Shown here piece by piece: positions 28,237-38,915 of a stretch of DNA of 64,000 nt. Below the pieces are notes generated by a model, which was not told where the DNA came from, did no database searches, and worked only from the letters and a program-made list of their open reading frames with translations. The stretch spans positions 1 through 64,000 of the IMG/VR virus record IMGVR_UViG_3300031344_000002; one strand, 5' to 3'. A program made the position numbers and the translations under genes. The first letter of the stretch is position 1. Every line of letters begins with the position of its first letter.

Positions 28237-29163
28237 ATGGGAAAAGAAGAAGAATTGCAACCAAAAGAAAGTATTGGAGAAGTACTAAAAAAATATAAAG
28301 AAAAACGTAGTGAAGGTATAATTCCAACACAACCAATTTCTAATACTAATGTTATTAGTGAAATACCGAAAGCATCTACATTTAATCCACAAGAATTTGA
28401 AAAAACCATGATGAAAGAAACTGACCCTGATTTAATGACTTCATATGAAATTGTTAAATTACCTTCAAAGGGTTTATTCTACACAAATCAAATTAATGAA
28501 GTTAATGTAGAATATATGACTTCAAAAGATGAAGATTTACTTACAACTCCTTCATTACTTGAAAGTGGTATGGTATTAGATATGTTATTAAAAAGAAAAA
28601 TTAAATCTGCTAATGTAAATCCGGAAGATTTATTACCGGGTGACCGTAATGCAATAATTTTATTTTTACGTAGTTCAAGTTATGGTAATGAATATACAGT
28701 ACAAGTAACTGACCCAAGAACTGGTGTTCCCTTTAAAGCAATTGTTGATTTACTTCAACTTAGATATAAGGAAATGAAAGAAATACCTGACCAATATGGT
28801 TATTTCACTGTTGAATTACCAATGCGTAAAAAAACTGTCACAATTAGATTACTTACTGCTGGTGAAGAAACAAAACTTTTTAAAAAATCGGAATCAATAA
28901 AAGAAGCATATAATGAAGAATATAGCCAATATAATACTTTAAAATTAAAAGCACATATTGTTGCAATTAATGAAAAATCAGATAGAGCATATATTGATAA
29001 ATTTGTTGATGCAATGCCAGCACTTGATGCATTTACTATTCGTAGGAAAATAATTGATATTAGTCCTGATGTTGATATGTCATATGAATTTAGTGCTAAA
29101 GATGGTTTTAAATTTACAGCAAATTTAACAGTGGGGATTGATTTTTTTTTCCCTCAGATTTAG
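28237..29163 (+). CDS. Tail assembly chaperone / baseplate hub assembly protein (T4 gp26-like)
   Basis: VKLPSKGLFY, MT.KDEDLL, LL.GDRNAI..FLR..SYG..Y, C-terminal DFFFP; upstream of the tape-measure gene. Confidence 0.75.
   Translation: MGKEEELQPKESIGEVLKKYKEKRSEGIIPTQPISNTNVISEIPKASTFNPQEFEKTMMKETDPDLMTSYEIVKLPSKGLFYTNQINEVNVEYMTSKDEDLLTTPSLLESGMVLDMLLKRKIKSANVNPEDLLPGDRNAIILFLRSSSYGNEYTVQVTDPRTGVPFKAIVDLLQLRYKEMKEIPDQYGYFTVELPMRKKTVTIRLLTAGEETKLFKKSESIKEAYNEEYSQYNTLKLKAHIVAINEKSDRAYIDKFVDAMPALDAFTIRRKIIDISPDVDMSYEFSAKDGFKFTANLTVGIDFFFPQI
29142..29151 (+). other. Putative programmed -1 ribosomal frameshift site (T9-C)
   Basis: GAT TTT TTT TTC in frame 0; the -1 frame opens directly after TGA at 29139-29141. 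Confidence 0.7.
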
Positions 29164-29360
29164 CGGGTGAATATAAAAAAATGGTTAATGAAGAGATATA
29201 TATTTTAACCAAACACGCTAAATTTCAAGCAGATTATATCGAGAATCTACCAATATATCGTAGGCGACATTTCTTATTTCTATTACAAAAAGAAAATGAA
29301 GAAATAGAAAGAATACAAGACCAAGCAAGAAATAAAAATAATTTTAGACCAAGAAAATAA
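29142..29360 (+). CDS. -1 frame extension of the tail chaperone (absent from the ORF track)
   Basis: FFFPSDLAGEYKKMVNEEIYILTKHAKFQADYIENLPIYRRRHFLFLLQKENEEIERIQDQARNKNNFRPRK*; an in-frame ATG is also present at 29181. Confidence 0.75.
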   Translation, partial: FFFPSDLAGEYKKMVNEEIYILTKHAKFQADYIENLPIYRRRHFLFLLQKENEEIERIQDQARNKNNFRPRK

Positions 29361-29362
29361 GT

Positions 29363-29635
29363 TTATTTTAAAAGTGGATGAATTTTGAAATATTCTTCAT
29401 TTATAAAAATATTCAATAAATTTTCCCTTGCAAATTTTTTAGAACCATTTTCAACATTTTCTAAAAATTCAACATAATATTTAGTAATGTGTTGAATTAT
29501 TTCATTACCAGAAAGTTCTTTATCTTTCAAAGTTATAATATTATTAATAATATTACTCATAAATTCACCCTTTTCATGGTTTTCTAAAATATTATGTTTA
29601 GCTAAATCTTCTATTTCTTTTTTCGTGTATTTCAT
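29363..29635 (-). CDS. Hypothetical protein inserted antisense between chaperone and tape-measure genes
   Basis: 90-aa ORF with an upstream TATATTAG promoter-like element. Confidence 0.55.
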   Translation of the reverse strand: MKYTKKEIEDLAKHNILENHEKGEFMSNIINNIITLKDKELSGNEIIQHITKYYVEFLENVENGSKKFARENLLNIFINEEYFKIHPLLK

Positions 29636-29738
29636 ATTATTTTTATTTTTTGCTAATATATTAATTATTTTTTAATTAAACAAGTATTATATATTTTATA
29701 TCTTTTTGTATTTATAATATATAATATAAATTATTATT

Positions 29739-32267
29739 ATGGCTGATGATGGTAGAACAAAAGCAATGAAAGAACTTCTTGGATTAACTAAGGAGTTACA
29801 AACCACATATAAGAAGAATTTAGATATTGAAAAACAAGTAGCTGATTTACAAGAAAGAAGAAGTGAAAGACAATCACTTATTAATCAATTACAATTAAAT
29901 TTTAATGATTTAAATGATAAACAAAAAGAAGTTTTAGATAAGTTAATTAAATTACAAATTACTGAATATAATAGTTTAAAAGATTTATCAAAACAGCAAC
30001 AATTAATTAATGAACAACTTCAAAAAGAAATAAAAACCAGAGAAAAGATTGTTGACTTAGCAAATGGGTTAGCTTCTGCTTTAAAACAAACTTGGACTTT
30101 TTTACAATCACAAGATAAAATTATTAAAAGTACTATTCTTAATCTCGGAATGTCAGGTGCTAAAGCAGATATGATGAGAAATTCATTTGAACAATCTGCT
30201 GGTTTTGTAGCAAGATTAGGTGGAAGTCTTGATGATGTTCAAGGAATAATGGAAGGATTTGCAGATGAAACAGGTAGAGCACGTGTTTTATCTTCAGATA
30301 TGGTAAAAGATATTGAAATGATTGGTAAAGGTACTGGTCTTGGAATTGAAGGAGCTACAAAACTTGGTGCTCAATTTGAATTAATGGGTATTGATGCTAA
30401 ATCGGCAAAGGATTATGTTCAAGGTGTTGTTGATACTTCAGAAAGAATGGGTGTTAATACAACTAAAGTACTTAAAAATATAAGTGATAATTTTAAAAGA
30501 TTACAAGGATATACTTTTCAGCAAGGTGTTAAAGGTTTTGCTCAAATGGCAGAATATGCTGAAAAATTTAAAATTAGTATTGATGCTGCATTAAATGCTG
30601 CGGACATTGGAAGAACACTTGAAGGTGCAATTAATATGGGAGCACAATTACAAGTTATGGGTGGAAATTTTGCAAAAATGAATCCATTTGATATTCTTTA
30701 TAATTCACGTAATAATCCAGAACAATTTCAAAAAGATATTGCTTCAATGACTAAAGGTATTGCAACTTTAAGAAAAAATACTGATGGTACATTTCAAAAA
30801 TTTATTAGTCCTGCTGATATGGATAGACTTACTCAAGTTGGTAAAGCATTAGGTATTAGTGCTGATGAAATGAAAGCAATGGCTTTAAGACAACTTGATA
30901 TAACCACAATGGCTGATAAATTACAAGGCATGGGTTTAACTGCCCGTGAAAAAGAACTTATTCAAGGTGCTGCATTTTTTGATACAAAATCTGGTAAATA
31001 TCAAGTTATGCTTGCTGGTGAAATGCGAGATATTAATACTTTAACTAGAGGTCAAGCAGAAAGTTTTGTTAAACAAACAGTTAGTTTAGAAGAACGTGCA
31101 AAACAAGCACAAACATTTGATGAAGTATTAAAAATAACAATTAATGAATTAAAAGCTGCTTTATTACCAATATTAAAAGGTGTTAATAAAGTTCTTGAAT
31201 TTGTAAGACCAGTAGTAGATGGATTAAGTAAACTTGCTGGAAGTGGTTGGGGTGGAGTTGTAGCTGCAGCAAGTATATTATTAAGTGCTGGTCTACTTTG
31301 GAAAGTTGTTTCAAGTAGTTTATCAAAAGCATTAACAAATTGGGGAGAAAAATTAGGAGAAAAAGGTATTGGTGGAGCTATTGGTGGTGCATTAAAAGGA
31401 AAAGGTGGCGCAAGTGGTGGACTTACTGATGTAGTCGGTGGTGGTACTAAAAAAGGTATTAGTGGTGGAGCAGCATTTGGAATAGGTGCTGGTATTGGTG
31501 CTGCTGCATTAGGTGTTGGTGCTGGTATTGGTGTTGCTGCTGTCGGTATTAGTAAACTTGCAGATTCTATGAGTAAATTAACACCAGAAAAAGCAAAAAT
31601 ATTAAAAGATATTGTTAAATCATTGAGCTGGGTTGTAGGTATTAGTGCTGCACTTGCTGGTGGTATAATTGCTATTGGTATGGCATCTACATCAGTAGCT
31701 CCGGGATTAGATATGTTAGCACTTGCAGCATTAGGTATAGGTGCTGGTATTGGAATTGCTGCTGCTGGTATTGGATTTATGGCAATGGGGTTAGCTAAAT
31801 TAGTTGAATCAGCAAAAGGAGCGGGACCAGCTATGTTAGAAGTTGGGGCAGGTATTGCTGCAATATCATTAGCAATGATGGGATTTACTTTAGGTGCATT
31901 AGGATTTTTAACATTCGCAGCAACAATGCATACAATAGCAAAAAATGCTGATGCTATGTCTAAAGTAGGTGATGCATTTAAACAAATTAGTACAGTAATG
32001 CATGGTAATAAAGATGATTTTATTGCAGTTCAAAATGCGGTTGAAAGTATATCGAAAATGAATACTAAGGGTGGTGGTATGTTAGCTGATTTAGCTACAC
32101 TTTTAAAATCTCCATTAAAAGTAGAATTTGCTAATGGTGGTCAAGTTACATTAAAAAATGATGTAACATTAGATATTGATGGTAATAAATTTATGCATAA
32201 AGTTTATAATACTGTAGTAGCTATTGAAAAACAACAAGCATTAAAACAAGGTAAAGCAGGTAAATAA
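29739..32267 (+). CDS. Tape measure protein
   Basis: Coiled-coil N-terminus, long helical A/G-rich body, hydrophobic Gly/Ala-rich C-terminal segments; follows the frameshifted chaperone. Confidence 0.85.
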   Translation: MADDGRTKAMKELLGLTKELQTTYKKNLDIEKQVADLQERRSERQSLINQLQLNFNDLNDKQKEVLDKLIKLQITEYNSLKDLSKQQQLINEQLQKEIKTREKIVDLANGLASALKQTWTFLQSQDKIIKSTILNLGMSGAKADMMRNSFEQSAGFVARLGGSLDDVQGIMEGFADETGRARVLSSDMVKDIEMIGKGTGLGIEGATKLGAQFELMGIDAKSAKDYVQGVVDTSERMGVNTTKVLKNISDNFKRLQGYTFQQGVKGFAQMAEYAEKFKISIDAALNAADIGRTLEGAINMGAQLQVMGGNFAKMNPFDILYNSRNNPEQFQKDIASMTKGIATLRKNTDGTFQKFISPADMDRLTQVGKALGISADEMKAMALRQLDITTMADKLQGMGLTAREKELIQGAAFFDTKSGKYQVMLAGEMRDINTLTRGQAESFVKQTVSLEERAKQAQTFDEVLKITINELKAALLPILKGVNKVLEFVRPVVDGLSKLAGSGWGGVVAAASILLSAGLLWKVVSSSLSKALTNWGEKLGEKGIGGAIGGALKGKGGASGGLTDVVGGGTKKGISGGAAFGIGAGIGAAALGVGAGIGVAAVGISKLADSMSKLTPEKAKILKDIVKSLSWVVGISAALAGGIIAIGMASTSVAPGLDMLALAALGIGAGIGIAAAGIGFMAMGLAKLVESAKGAGPAMLEVGAGIAAISLAMMGFTLGALGFLTFAATMHTIAKNADAMSKVGDAFKQISTVMHGNKDDFIAVQNAVESISKMNTKGGGMLADLATLLKSPLKVEFANGGQVTLKNDVTLDIDGNKFMHKVYNTVVAIEKQQALKQGKAGK

Positions 32268-32269
32268 TA

Positions 32270-33052
32270 TTAAAATTTATTTCCTTTACTTAAATTTTCA
32301 TGCTTCCAAATTGGCTGTAAATTACATAACATATTAATAATTCTTGGGCTTGTTCCTTCTTTAAAAGCAGAAATAGGTTTTTTATGGTCAATATGCCATT
32401 CATTTCTATTATTCCATGACATACCCACTTTAAATTGACATTCAATTCTTTGAATTAATTGTTTAGGTGTATAACCAAATTCTGTTATAGTATTTATTGA
32501 ATTTTTCTTAAATCCTAATTTTTCGGTTCTATATAAAAAATTTCTCATCCATTTAATTGTAGATAATTCGAGACTTTTCTTATATCGATTTCTAGCATAT
32601 TTTCTAAACTTTTCTTTATTTTTTTTAAAATAATTATGACCATATTCATTTAATTTATTAAAATATTTAGAATAATAGTTTTTAGTATATTTATTAAGTT
32701 TATCTTTATTATTCTTATAATAATTACGACCATATTCTAAACACCTTTCCTTATTTTTATTATAATAAATTTTAGAACGTTTTCTAATTTTATTTTTATT
32801 AATTATATTATAATTTATATTATATTCTTTTATTTTTTCTTTATTTTTATTATAAAAATCTTTAAGTTTAATATAAGAACATTTTTTACAATCTGCTCTT
32901 AATCCATAAGAACCAAGTTTAGATTTATAAAATTCTGAAATATTTTTAATTTCACCACATTTACTACATTTCTTTTCTGTAATATCATTAATATCCTTTT
33001 TTATTTTAATTTTTTTTATATATTTACTAGATTTAAGTTTTCTTTTTTTCAT
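32270..33052 (-). CDS. HNH endonuclease with an N-terminal zinc finger
   Basis: KKCSKCGEIK...DCKKC; MSW.N..EWHIDHKKPIS...NLQPIW..ENLSKGNK. Confidence 0.85.
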   Translation of the reverse strand: MKKRKLKSSKYIKKIKIKKDINDITEKKCSKCGEIKNISEFYKSKLGSYGLRADCKKCSYIKLKDFYNKNKEKIKEYNINYNIINKNKIRKRSKIYYNKNKERCLEYGRNYYKNNKDKLNKYTKNYYSKYFNKLNEYGHNYFKKNKEKFRKYARNRYKKSLELSTIKWMRNFLYRTEKLGFKKNSINTITEFGYTPKQLIQRIECQFKVGMSWNNRNEWHIDHKKPISAFKEGTSPRIINMLCNLQPIWKHENLSKGNKF

Positions 33053-33571
33053 TAATCTTTATTGGTTTAATAATTCTATTAACTCTATAATATTATTACA
33101 TATTATAAAATAATATTTATAATAAATAGTAATTTCTATAAATATTATTTTTAGTTAACTAATTTTAACATTATTTAACTAAAATATTTTAATAAGGTCT
33201 TTTTTTATTGGAAAATAATTTATAACTTTGACAAGTTTTTTCATTAAACTTCTACGAAACTATTTTAGTTAATCTAATTAATCATTCAAAAACTCTTTCT
33301 TTTAAATAAAAGAACAAATTTATAATATTTATTACTAACTTCTTCGAATTTAATAAAAATTTAACAACACGGGATAGCTATGTTCAATTATTTTCATAAT
33401 TGAAATTAGTTTCATAATCATTAATTTCATTTATAAATAAAAAATATTCCACACTCAATTTTATTTTAAAAAAATATATAATTAATCTTTTATAGATTGG
33501 GATAGTTTTCACCAATGTAAAAATAGATATTATAAATTTATTCTGCAAGTATTTATTTAAAAATAATATTA

Positions 33572-36500
33572 ATGGCTGATATTAATGGAAATTCAAGATT
33601 ATTTTTAAGTGGGGAACAATTTAGAAATCAATTAATACCACGTAATTTATATAATCTTGATAATGAATATGAATCAACTGATGAACTTTCTCTTAGAAAT
33701 AAAAGTAAAGTTGCAGATTCTATTGCCAGTATTTTAGCAGTAATTCCACAATATCAACATATAAATCCAGATAATAGTTTACTTTCAAGAATAGATGGTA
33801 ATACACCATTAACTGAAATTGGTACAAGAATGTTAGGGCAACAAATGTTTTATAATTCAGTGTCACATATTGCTCAACAAAATTTACCTTCAATTGATTT
33901 TTCTAATATACTTAAAGGTAAAAGTCCTTTTATAAAAAATGTTGATTTGACAATTACAGTAAAAGACCAAGATAGTAGTTCTTTATTAGATAAAGTTGGC
34001 GGATTTATAGGTAAAACATTTTTTAATACAAATGCAATTGGTACTCCAGACCCATTTAATCCAAGTTCAATTAATACTGATTATATAAAAAATAGTGGTA
34101 AGGGTCAATTAGCATATTTTTATGATTCAATAAATTTGAATGTATATAAACAAATTGGACCTGATGATAGTAGTGATACCATTATTAAGTATGCACCAAA
34201 AGGACATGAAATTCAACAACGTGTTAATATTACTAGTAATTGGAAATATTTTAATTTTACTGAAAAAAATGCATATCCTTATTTATATAAACCAAGTGGC
34301 ACATTTACTCCAAGTTCTGAAAATTATGCAAATACTGATGAAAGAATTTCATATTCAGATTTAACAAAATCCAATACCATTCAAGAATATGCACCAAATC
34401 AACAATTTATAGAAGATAATTTTGGTGTTATAAATAAATCTCCAATTAAAATAAATATAGAAAATTTTGTTGATGATAAATCAGATATAACAACAGATGA
34501 TATTCAACATAAATTAGTTTGGGGTAGAGATGGTATTAGTAGTGATTCTAAAGGTTATTTATCATCACTTCATGGTGACACTAATGATGAAATAAATGGT
34601 TTAAATTCAAACGATTCAGGAGATATTACTAAATTTAAAATAAATGGTGGATTATTAGAATATACAAAAAATTTATTAAATGCAAGTTCTGGATATTTAG
34701 TTGATATTACAAGAAAAGTATTTACAGAAGGTAATAAAATAATTGGATTTAATGGTTCACCATTATGGCAAGCACCGAATGAATTAAATGCATATGTTGT
34801 TGCAAATGATATAGTTAATAAAACAGGTGTACGCCAACATACTATGGTAGACCAATATGATAGATTTGCAAAAGCAATAAGGTATATGGGAAATGTGGTA
34901 TATGGTGGTAATCCAAATTCTGTTATTTATAAATCAGTAATTCCAAAAATTCATCCAGAATGGGATAAAAGCAATACAGATTTAAATTATAAAAACATGA
35001 TGTTTAGTATTGAAAATCTTGCAATTGTTGCAATTAAAAAGGATGATAGTTATGGCACTATTGATGATGAATGGAATACACCAATACCATTAAGTGAAGT
35101 TGGACCATTTAGTGGACGTATTATGTGGTTTCCACCATATGATATACAACTTAATGAAACAGCAAATGCTAAATATGAATCCACAGTAATGGTTGGTAGA
35201 AATGAACCAATGTATAATTATATGAATTCAGAAAGAACAACAACACTTAGTTTTACATTACTTATAGATTATCCAGAACAATTAAGAAATTATATTGGCG
35301 AAAATCAAAATAAAAATATTGCAGATTTTTTCGCATTTGGTGGTAATAGTATACCTGAAAAGAAAATTGAAGATTTAAAATTACATTTAAAACAACTTCA
35401 AGATAAAATTTCTCAAATAACTGGTCCAACAAAACAAGCCGATGTTGCACCAATAAATGTACCAGAAATAAAAATATATTTCCCTAATGATATGCCAACA
35501 GATAGTCAAATTAATACAATTATTGAAGATATGTATAATAATCCACTTCATTATGAAATTAGAGATGGCTGTATTTCGGAAAATGATGGTAATGGTTTTG
35601 GATTAAATGATAGTAAAAAACATGGTGTTTATGACGTTGTTGGTCTTAGTGCAAATTCAACAAATAATATATTTGTTCTTACTGGTACTTCAATATATTC
35701 TCAATATAATGTGTCTAATTTAAATAATGATTTAAATAAAGCATTATCGGATGTATATAGTAATCCTGATAATAGAAAATATTATGATATTACAATTGAT
35801 GGTGGTTCATCAAAACTATATAAAGGTAAAGATGAAACTGCATATAATATTGCACTTGGTAATAGAAGAATAGCTGCAGTAAAACATTTAGTTGAAGAAC
35901 GTTTAAAAGCAATTTTTAAAGTAAATAATGTTCAAACTGAATTAGGAATTAATATTATATCAAATCTTAGTACTGGTAGTGCTGGTAGTAGTGTGGAAGG
36001 TGCTGAAGCAAAAAATATGTCTTTAAAACCAATTAAAGAAGAAAGACGTGCATCAATTAATATTAAAAAAAATAATAAAAGTGTTGACCCAAAACAACAA
36101 ACAGTAAATATAAATCAACAACAAAATATTAAAAAAATACAAGATGATATTACTGCAACAGAACTTTTACTTAAACAATATTCAAATCCTACTTTTAATA
36201 CAAGAGAGGATGCAATATTAAATGGATTTGAATCAATAAGTAAAAATAATTATTATCCTGCATTTCATACACAAACACCAGAGGATTTTCATAGACGTTT
36301 AACTTTTTTACAACAATGTACAAGACAAGGTTCTGCAAAACATTTTAATTCTGAAGTTGATGCAGCAGGTACATTAAGAGCTAGAAATTCAGTATTTGGT
36401 AGACAACCAATTTGTATAATGAGAGTAGGTGATTTTATGTATACAAAAGTTATTATTGAAAATGTTACAGTAGATTATAATGAAACTACGTGGGATATGA

Positions 36501-36778
36501 ATCCAGAAGGATTTGGTATGCAACCGATGTTAGCTAAAATTACATTACAAATGAAGATAATTGGTGGTCAATCATTAGAAGGACCTATCGATGCATTACA
36601 AAATGCGGTATCATTTAATTACTATGCAAATTCAACATTTAGTAAAAATGGTATGTATGCTCGTCCTTCAAAAGTTTCATCGGCACAAACAAGTTATAAG
36701 GGTGGAGTATCAACCAATACTTCAACAACAAGTTCAAATACAGTAAATAATACATTACAAACACAAAATACAAAATAA
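33572..36778 (+). CDS. Large baseplate/tail protein containing an OmpA-like domain
   Basis: Late motif upstream; IYFPND...ITIDGGSS...YNIALGNRRIAAVKHLV...RRASI pattern; C-terminal RVGDF..TKVII..V.VDY...WD.NPEG. Confidence 0.65.
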   Translation: MADINGNSRLFLSGEQFRNQLIPRNLYNLDNEYESTDELSLRNKSKVADSIASILAVIPQYQHINPDNSLLSRIDGNTPLTEIGTRMLGQQMFYNSVSHIAQQNLPSIDFSNILKGKSPFIKNVDLTITVKDQDSSSLLDKVGGFIGKTFFNTNAIGTPDPFNPSSINTDYIKNSGKGQLAYFYDSINLNVYKQIGPDDSSDTIIKYAPKGHEIQQRVNITSNWKYFNFTEKNAYPYLYKPSGTFTPSSENYANTDERISYSDLTKSNTIQEYAPNQQFIEDNFGVINKSPIKINIENFVDDKSDITTDDIQHKLVWGRDGISSDSKGYLSSLHGDTNDEINGLNSNDSGDITKFKINGGLLEYTKNLLNASSGYLVDITRKVFTEGNKIIGFNGSPLWQAPNELNAYVVANDIVNKTGVRQHTMVDQYDRFAKAIRYMGNVVYGGNPNSVIYKSVIPKIHPEWDKSNTDLNYKNMMFSIENLAIVAIKKDDSYGTIDDEWNTPIPLSEVGPFSGRIMWFPPYDIQLNETANAKYESTVMVGRNEPMYNYMNSERTTTLSFTLLIDYPEQLRNYIGENQNKNIADFFAFGGNSIPEKKIEDLKLHLKQLQDKISQITGPTKQADVAPINVPEIKIYFPNDMPTDSQINTIIEDMYNNPLHYEIRDGCISENDGNGFGLNDSKKHGVYDVVGLSANSTNNIFVLTGTSIYSQYNVSNLNNDLNKALSDVYSNPDNRKYYDITIDGGSSKLYKGKDETAYNIALGNRRIAAVKHLVEERLKAIFKVNNVQTELGINIISNLSTGSAGSSVEGAEAKNMSLKPIKEERRASINIKKNNKSVDPKQQTVNINQQQNIKKIQDDITATELLLKQYSNPTFNTREDAILNGFESISKNNYYPAFHTQTPEDFHRRLTFLQQCTRQGSAKHFNSEVDAAGTLRARNSVFGRQPICIMRVGDFMYTKVIIENVTVDYNETTWDMNPEGFGMQPMLAKITLQMKIIGGQSLEGPIDALQNAVSFNYYANSTFSKNGMYARPSKVSSAQTSYKGGVSTNTSTTSSNTVNNTLQTQNTK

Positions 36779-37089
36779 TGCCGTACAAAGATTATGATAG
36801 ATATTCAATATTAAAAAATTCTGATGGTACAATAGACCAAATGCCATTTGTGAATTTACCTATTAATCCAAGTGATAAATATGAATATTGGAATAGTGCA
36901 TATAGTAGATTAGATAAATTATCACAAAAATATTATGGAAATCCCTTCTATGATTTTATAATACTTTATGGAAATTATATGTATACAAGTGAGTTTGATA
37001 TTCCTGATGAAACTTTAATTCGTATACCATTTCCACTTAATAAAGCAATTGCTGATTATGAGGCAATATTAACAGCATATAAAACATAA
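36778..37089 (+). CDS. Baseplate wedge/LysM-like small protein (gp53-like)
   Basis: RLDKLSQKYYGNPFY..II..N......FDIPD..LIRIP pattern. Confidence 0.7.
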   Translation: MPYKDYDRYSILKNSDGTIDQMPFVNLPINPSDKYEYWNSAYSRLDKLSQKYYGNPFYDFIILYGNYMYTSEFDIPDETLIRIPFPLNKAIADYEAILTAYKT

Positions 37090-37146
37090 AAACACTTGTC
37101 ATTCTAATTTAAATTCATTATGTTTGCAGTTATTAAAACTGTAATT

Positions 37147-37419
37147 ATGAAAACAAGTATAATAAATTATCGCCAAGTAAGTGAATCTTATTTCATAACA
37201 AAACCATTAAAATTAGGTGAATTTATAGATATTTTAAAAAATTTACCTAATGATTATACTGCTGTTGCAGTAGAAGAAATATTACAATTTAATGGATTTA
37301 ATAATACACCTTATAGCACACATTATCCAATCATTGAAATTGAAGTTAATAATGATAATAAAGAAATTAAATTTTTTACTAAAAGAGCTAAACTTACCTT
37401 AATTAATGATGAAAAATAA
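37147..37419 (+). CDS. Hypothetical protein
   Basis: Start moved to 37147 because 37119-37126 (TATGTTTG) looks like a promoter. Confidence 0.6.
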   Translation: MKTSIINYRQVSESYFITKPLKLGEFIDILKNLPNDYTAVAVEEILQFNGFNNTPYSTHYPIIEIEVNNDNKEIKFFTKRAKLTLINDEK

Positions 37420-38914
37420 AATAATAGTAGTATTTTCATCACATTTGGGAGATGAAAAAAATAATGAATTTATAAATCATATTCATAATACTATTGGTGT
37501 TAATCATGATATATTATGTTACACTAATTATAATCAATATTCTCTTACTGAAGTGTATAATAAAGCAATTGTCGATTATAATAAAGATAATGTAATTATG
37601 GTATTCTGCCATCCAGATATTATAATAAAAACAAAAAATTGGGGTAAAATATTATTAAATAAATTCAATAACACTAATTTTGATATTATTGGAGTGGCTG
37701 GTACAACTTTTCTTAATGAAAATGGCTGTTGGTGGACCGATAAAAGTAAAATGTTTGGAATAGTAGAACATACGAATGGTATTAGTACGTGGGTTAGTGA
37801 ATATTCTAAAGAAATACCCAATGTAAAAGAAGTTGTAGTTATTGATGGTGTATTTATGGCTATTGATTGTAATAATATTATACATAAATTTGATGAAGAA
37901 TTTAAAGGATTTCATTTTTATGAAATTCCAATGATTACTTCCAACTACCTCGATGGTTGTAATATAGGAGTAACTACTTCAATTAGAATTTTACATAAAT
38001 CTATAGGTATGACCAATCAAGAATGGGAAAATAATAGAATTCAATTTGCTCAAAAATATAAAGATGAATTACCATTATCATTACCACCGCAATATAAAGA
38101 TATTATTTCTAAATTAACGGTAGAGCCAAAAGTTAGTGTAATTATACCAACAAAAAATAATTTTAATTTAATTAAAAATAATATTAATTCATGGAATGAA
38201 TGTGTTAATTATGAGAATTATGAAATACTTATTGCTGATACTGGTAGTAGTCCTGATATTATTAATAGATATTCGGAGATATTAAGTAATAAAGTTAAAT
38301 TAATTCGATATGATTACTATAATTTTGGTAAAATAAATAATGATATGGTGAGAAATCATGTATCTGAAGATACTGAATTAATTTTATTTTGTAATGATGA
38401 TGTTAAATTATTAAATGATGTATTAAGTAGATGTGTCGAAATTTATAATGCAAATAAAGAAAATGTTGGTACAATTGGAATTAGATTGCATTTTGCAAAT
38501 GCTGATGTACAACATTGTGGAATTACAATTGTTAGAGATACAACCGATAATATACATTTAACGCATACTGACCTTAGAAAAGCAGATAATTATTTTACTG
38601 GTGTAAATTATAATTCATTAGGAAATACAGGAGCATTTCTATTAATTAATAAACAACTATTTATTGATATTGGATATTTTAATGAATCATATATTGAATG
38701 TTTTGAAGATGTTGAATTGAATTTGAATTGTCTCATTAAAGGTAAAAAAAATATCACAGTTTGTGATGCAGTAGCATATCATTATGAATCAATATCAAGA
38801 GATAGAAGTAATGATAAATTAGAAAAGTTAAATAGGGATTATTTTGAAAGATTACATTTATTTTATCTAAAAAATAAAGAAGTATTAAATAAAATTATTA
38901 GATTGGTTAAATAA
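37406..38914 (+). CDS. Two-domain glycosyltransferase (GT2-like)
   Basis: N-terminal VFCHPD...IDGVFM..FHFY domain; C-terminal VSVIIPTKN, LFCNDD, FEDVELNL..HYESISR. Confidence 0.85.
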   Translation: MMKNKIIVVFSSHLGDEKNNEFINHIHNTIGVNHDILCYTNYNQYSLTEVYNKAIVDYNKDNVIMVFCHPDIIIKTKNWGKILLNKFNNTNFDIIGVAGTTFLNENGCWWTDKSKMFGIVEHTNGISTWVSEYSKEIPNVKEVVVIDGVFMAIDCNNIIHKFDEEFKGFHFYEIPMITSNYLDGCNIGVTTSIRILHKSIGMTNQEWENNRIQFAQKYKDELPLSLPPQYKDIISKLTVEPKVSVIIPTKNNFNLIKNNINSWNECVNYENYEILIADTGSSPDIINRYSEILSNKVKLIRYDYYNFGKINNDMVRNHVSEDTELILFCNDDVKLLNDVLSRCVEIYNANKENVGTIGIRLHFANADVQHCGITIVRDTTDNIHLTHTDLRKADNYFTGVNYNSLGNTGAFLLINKQLFIDIGYFNESYIECFEDVELNLNCLIKGKKNITVCDAVAYHYESISRDRSNDKLEKLNRDYFERLHLFYLKNKEVLNKIIRLVK

Positions 38915-38915
38915 T

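Noticed and set aside
31240-31960. Gly/Ala-rich repeats as a separate membrane protein or repeat element
   Set aside because: They are part of the tape-measure ORF, where such hydrophobic segments are common.
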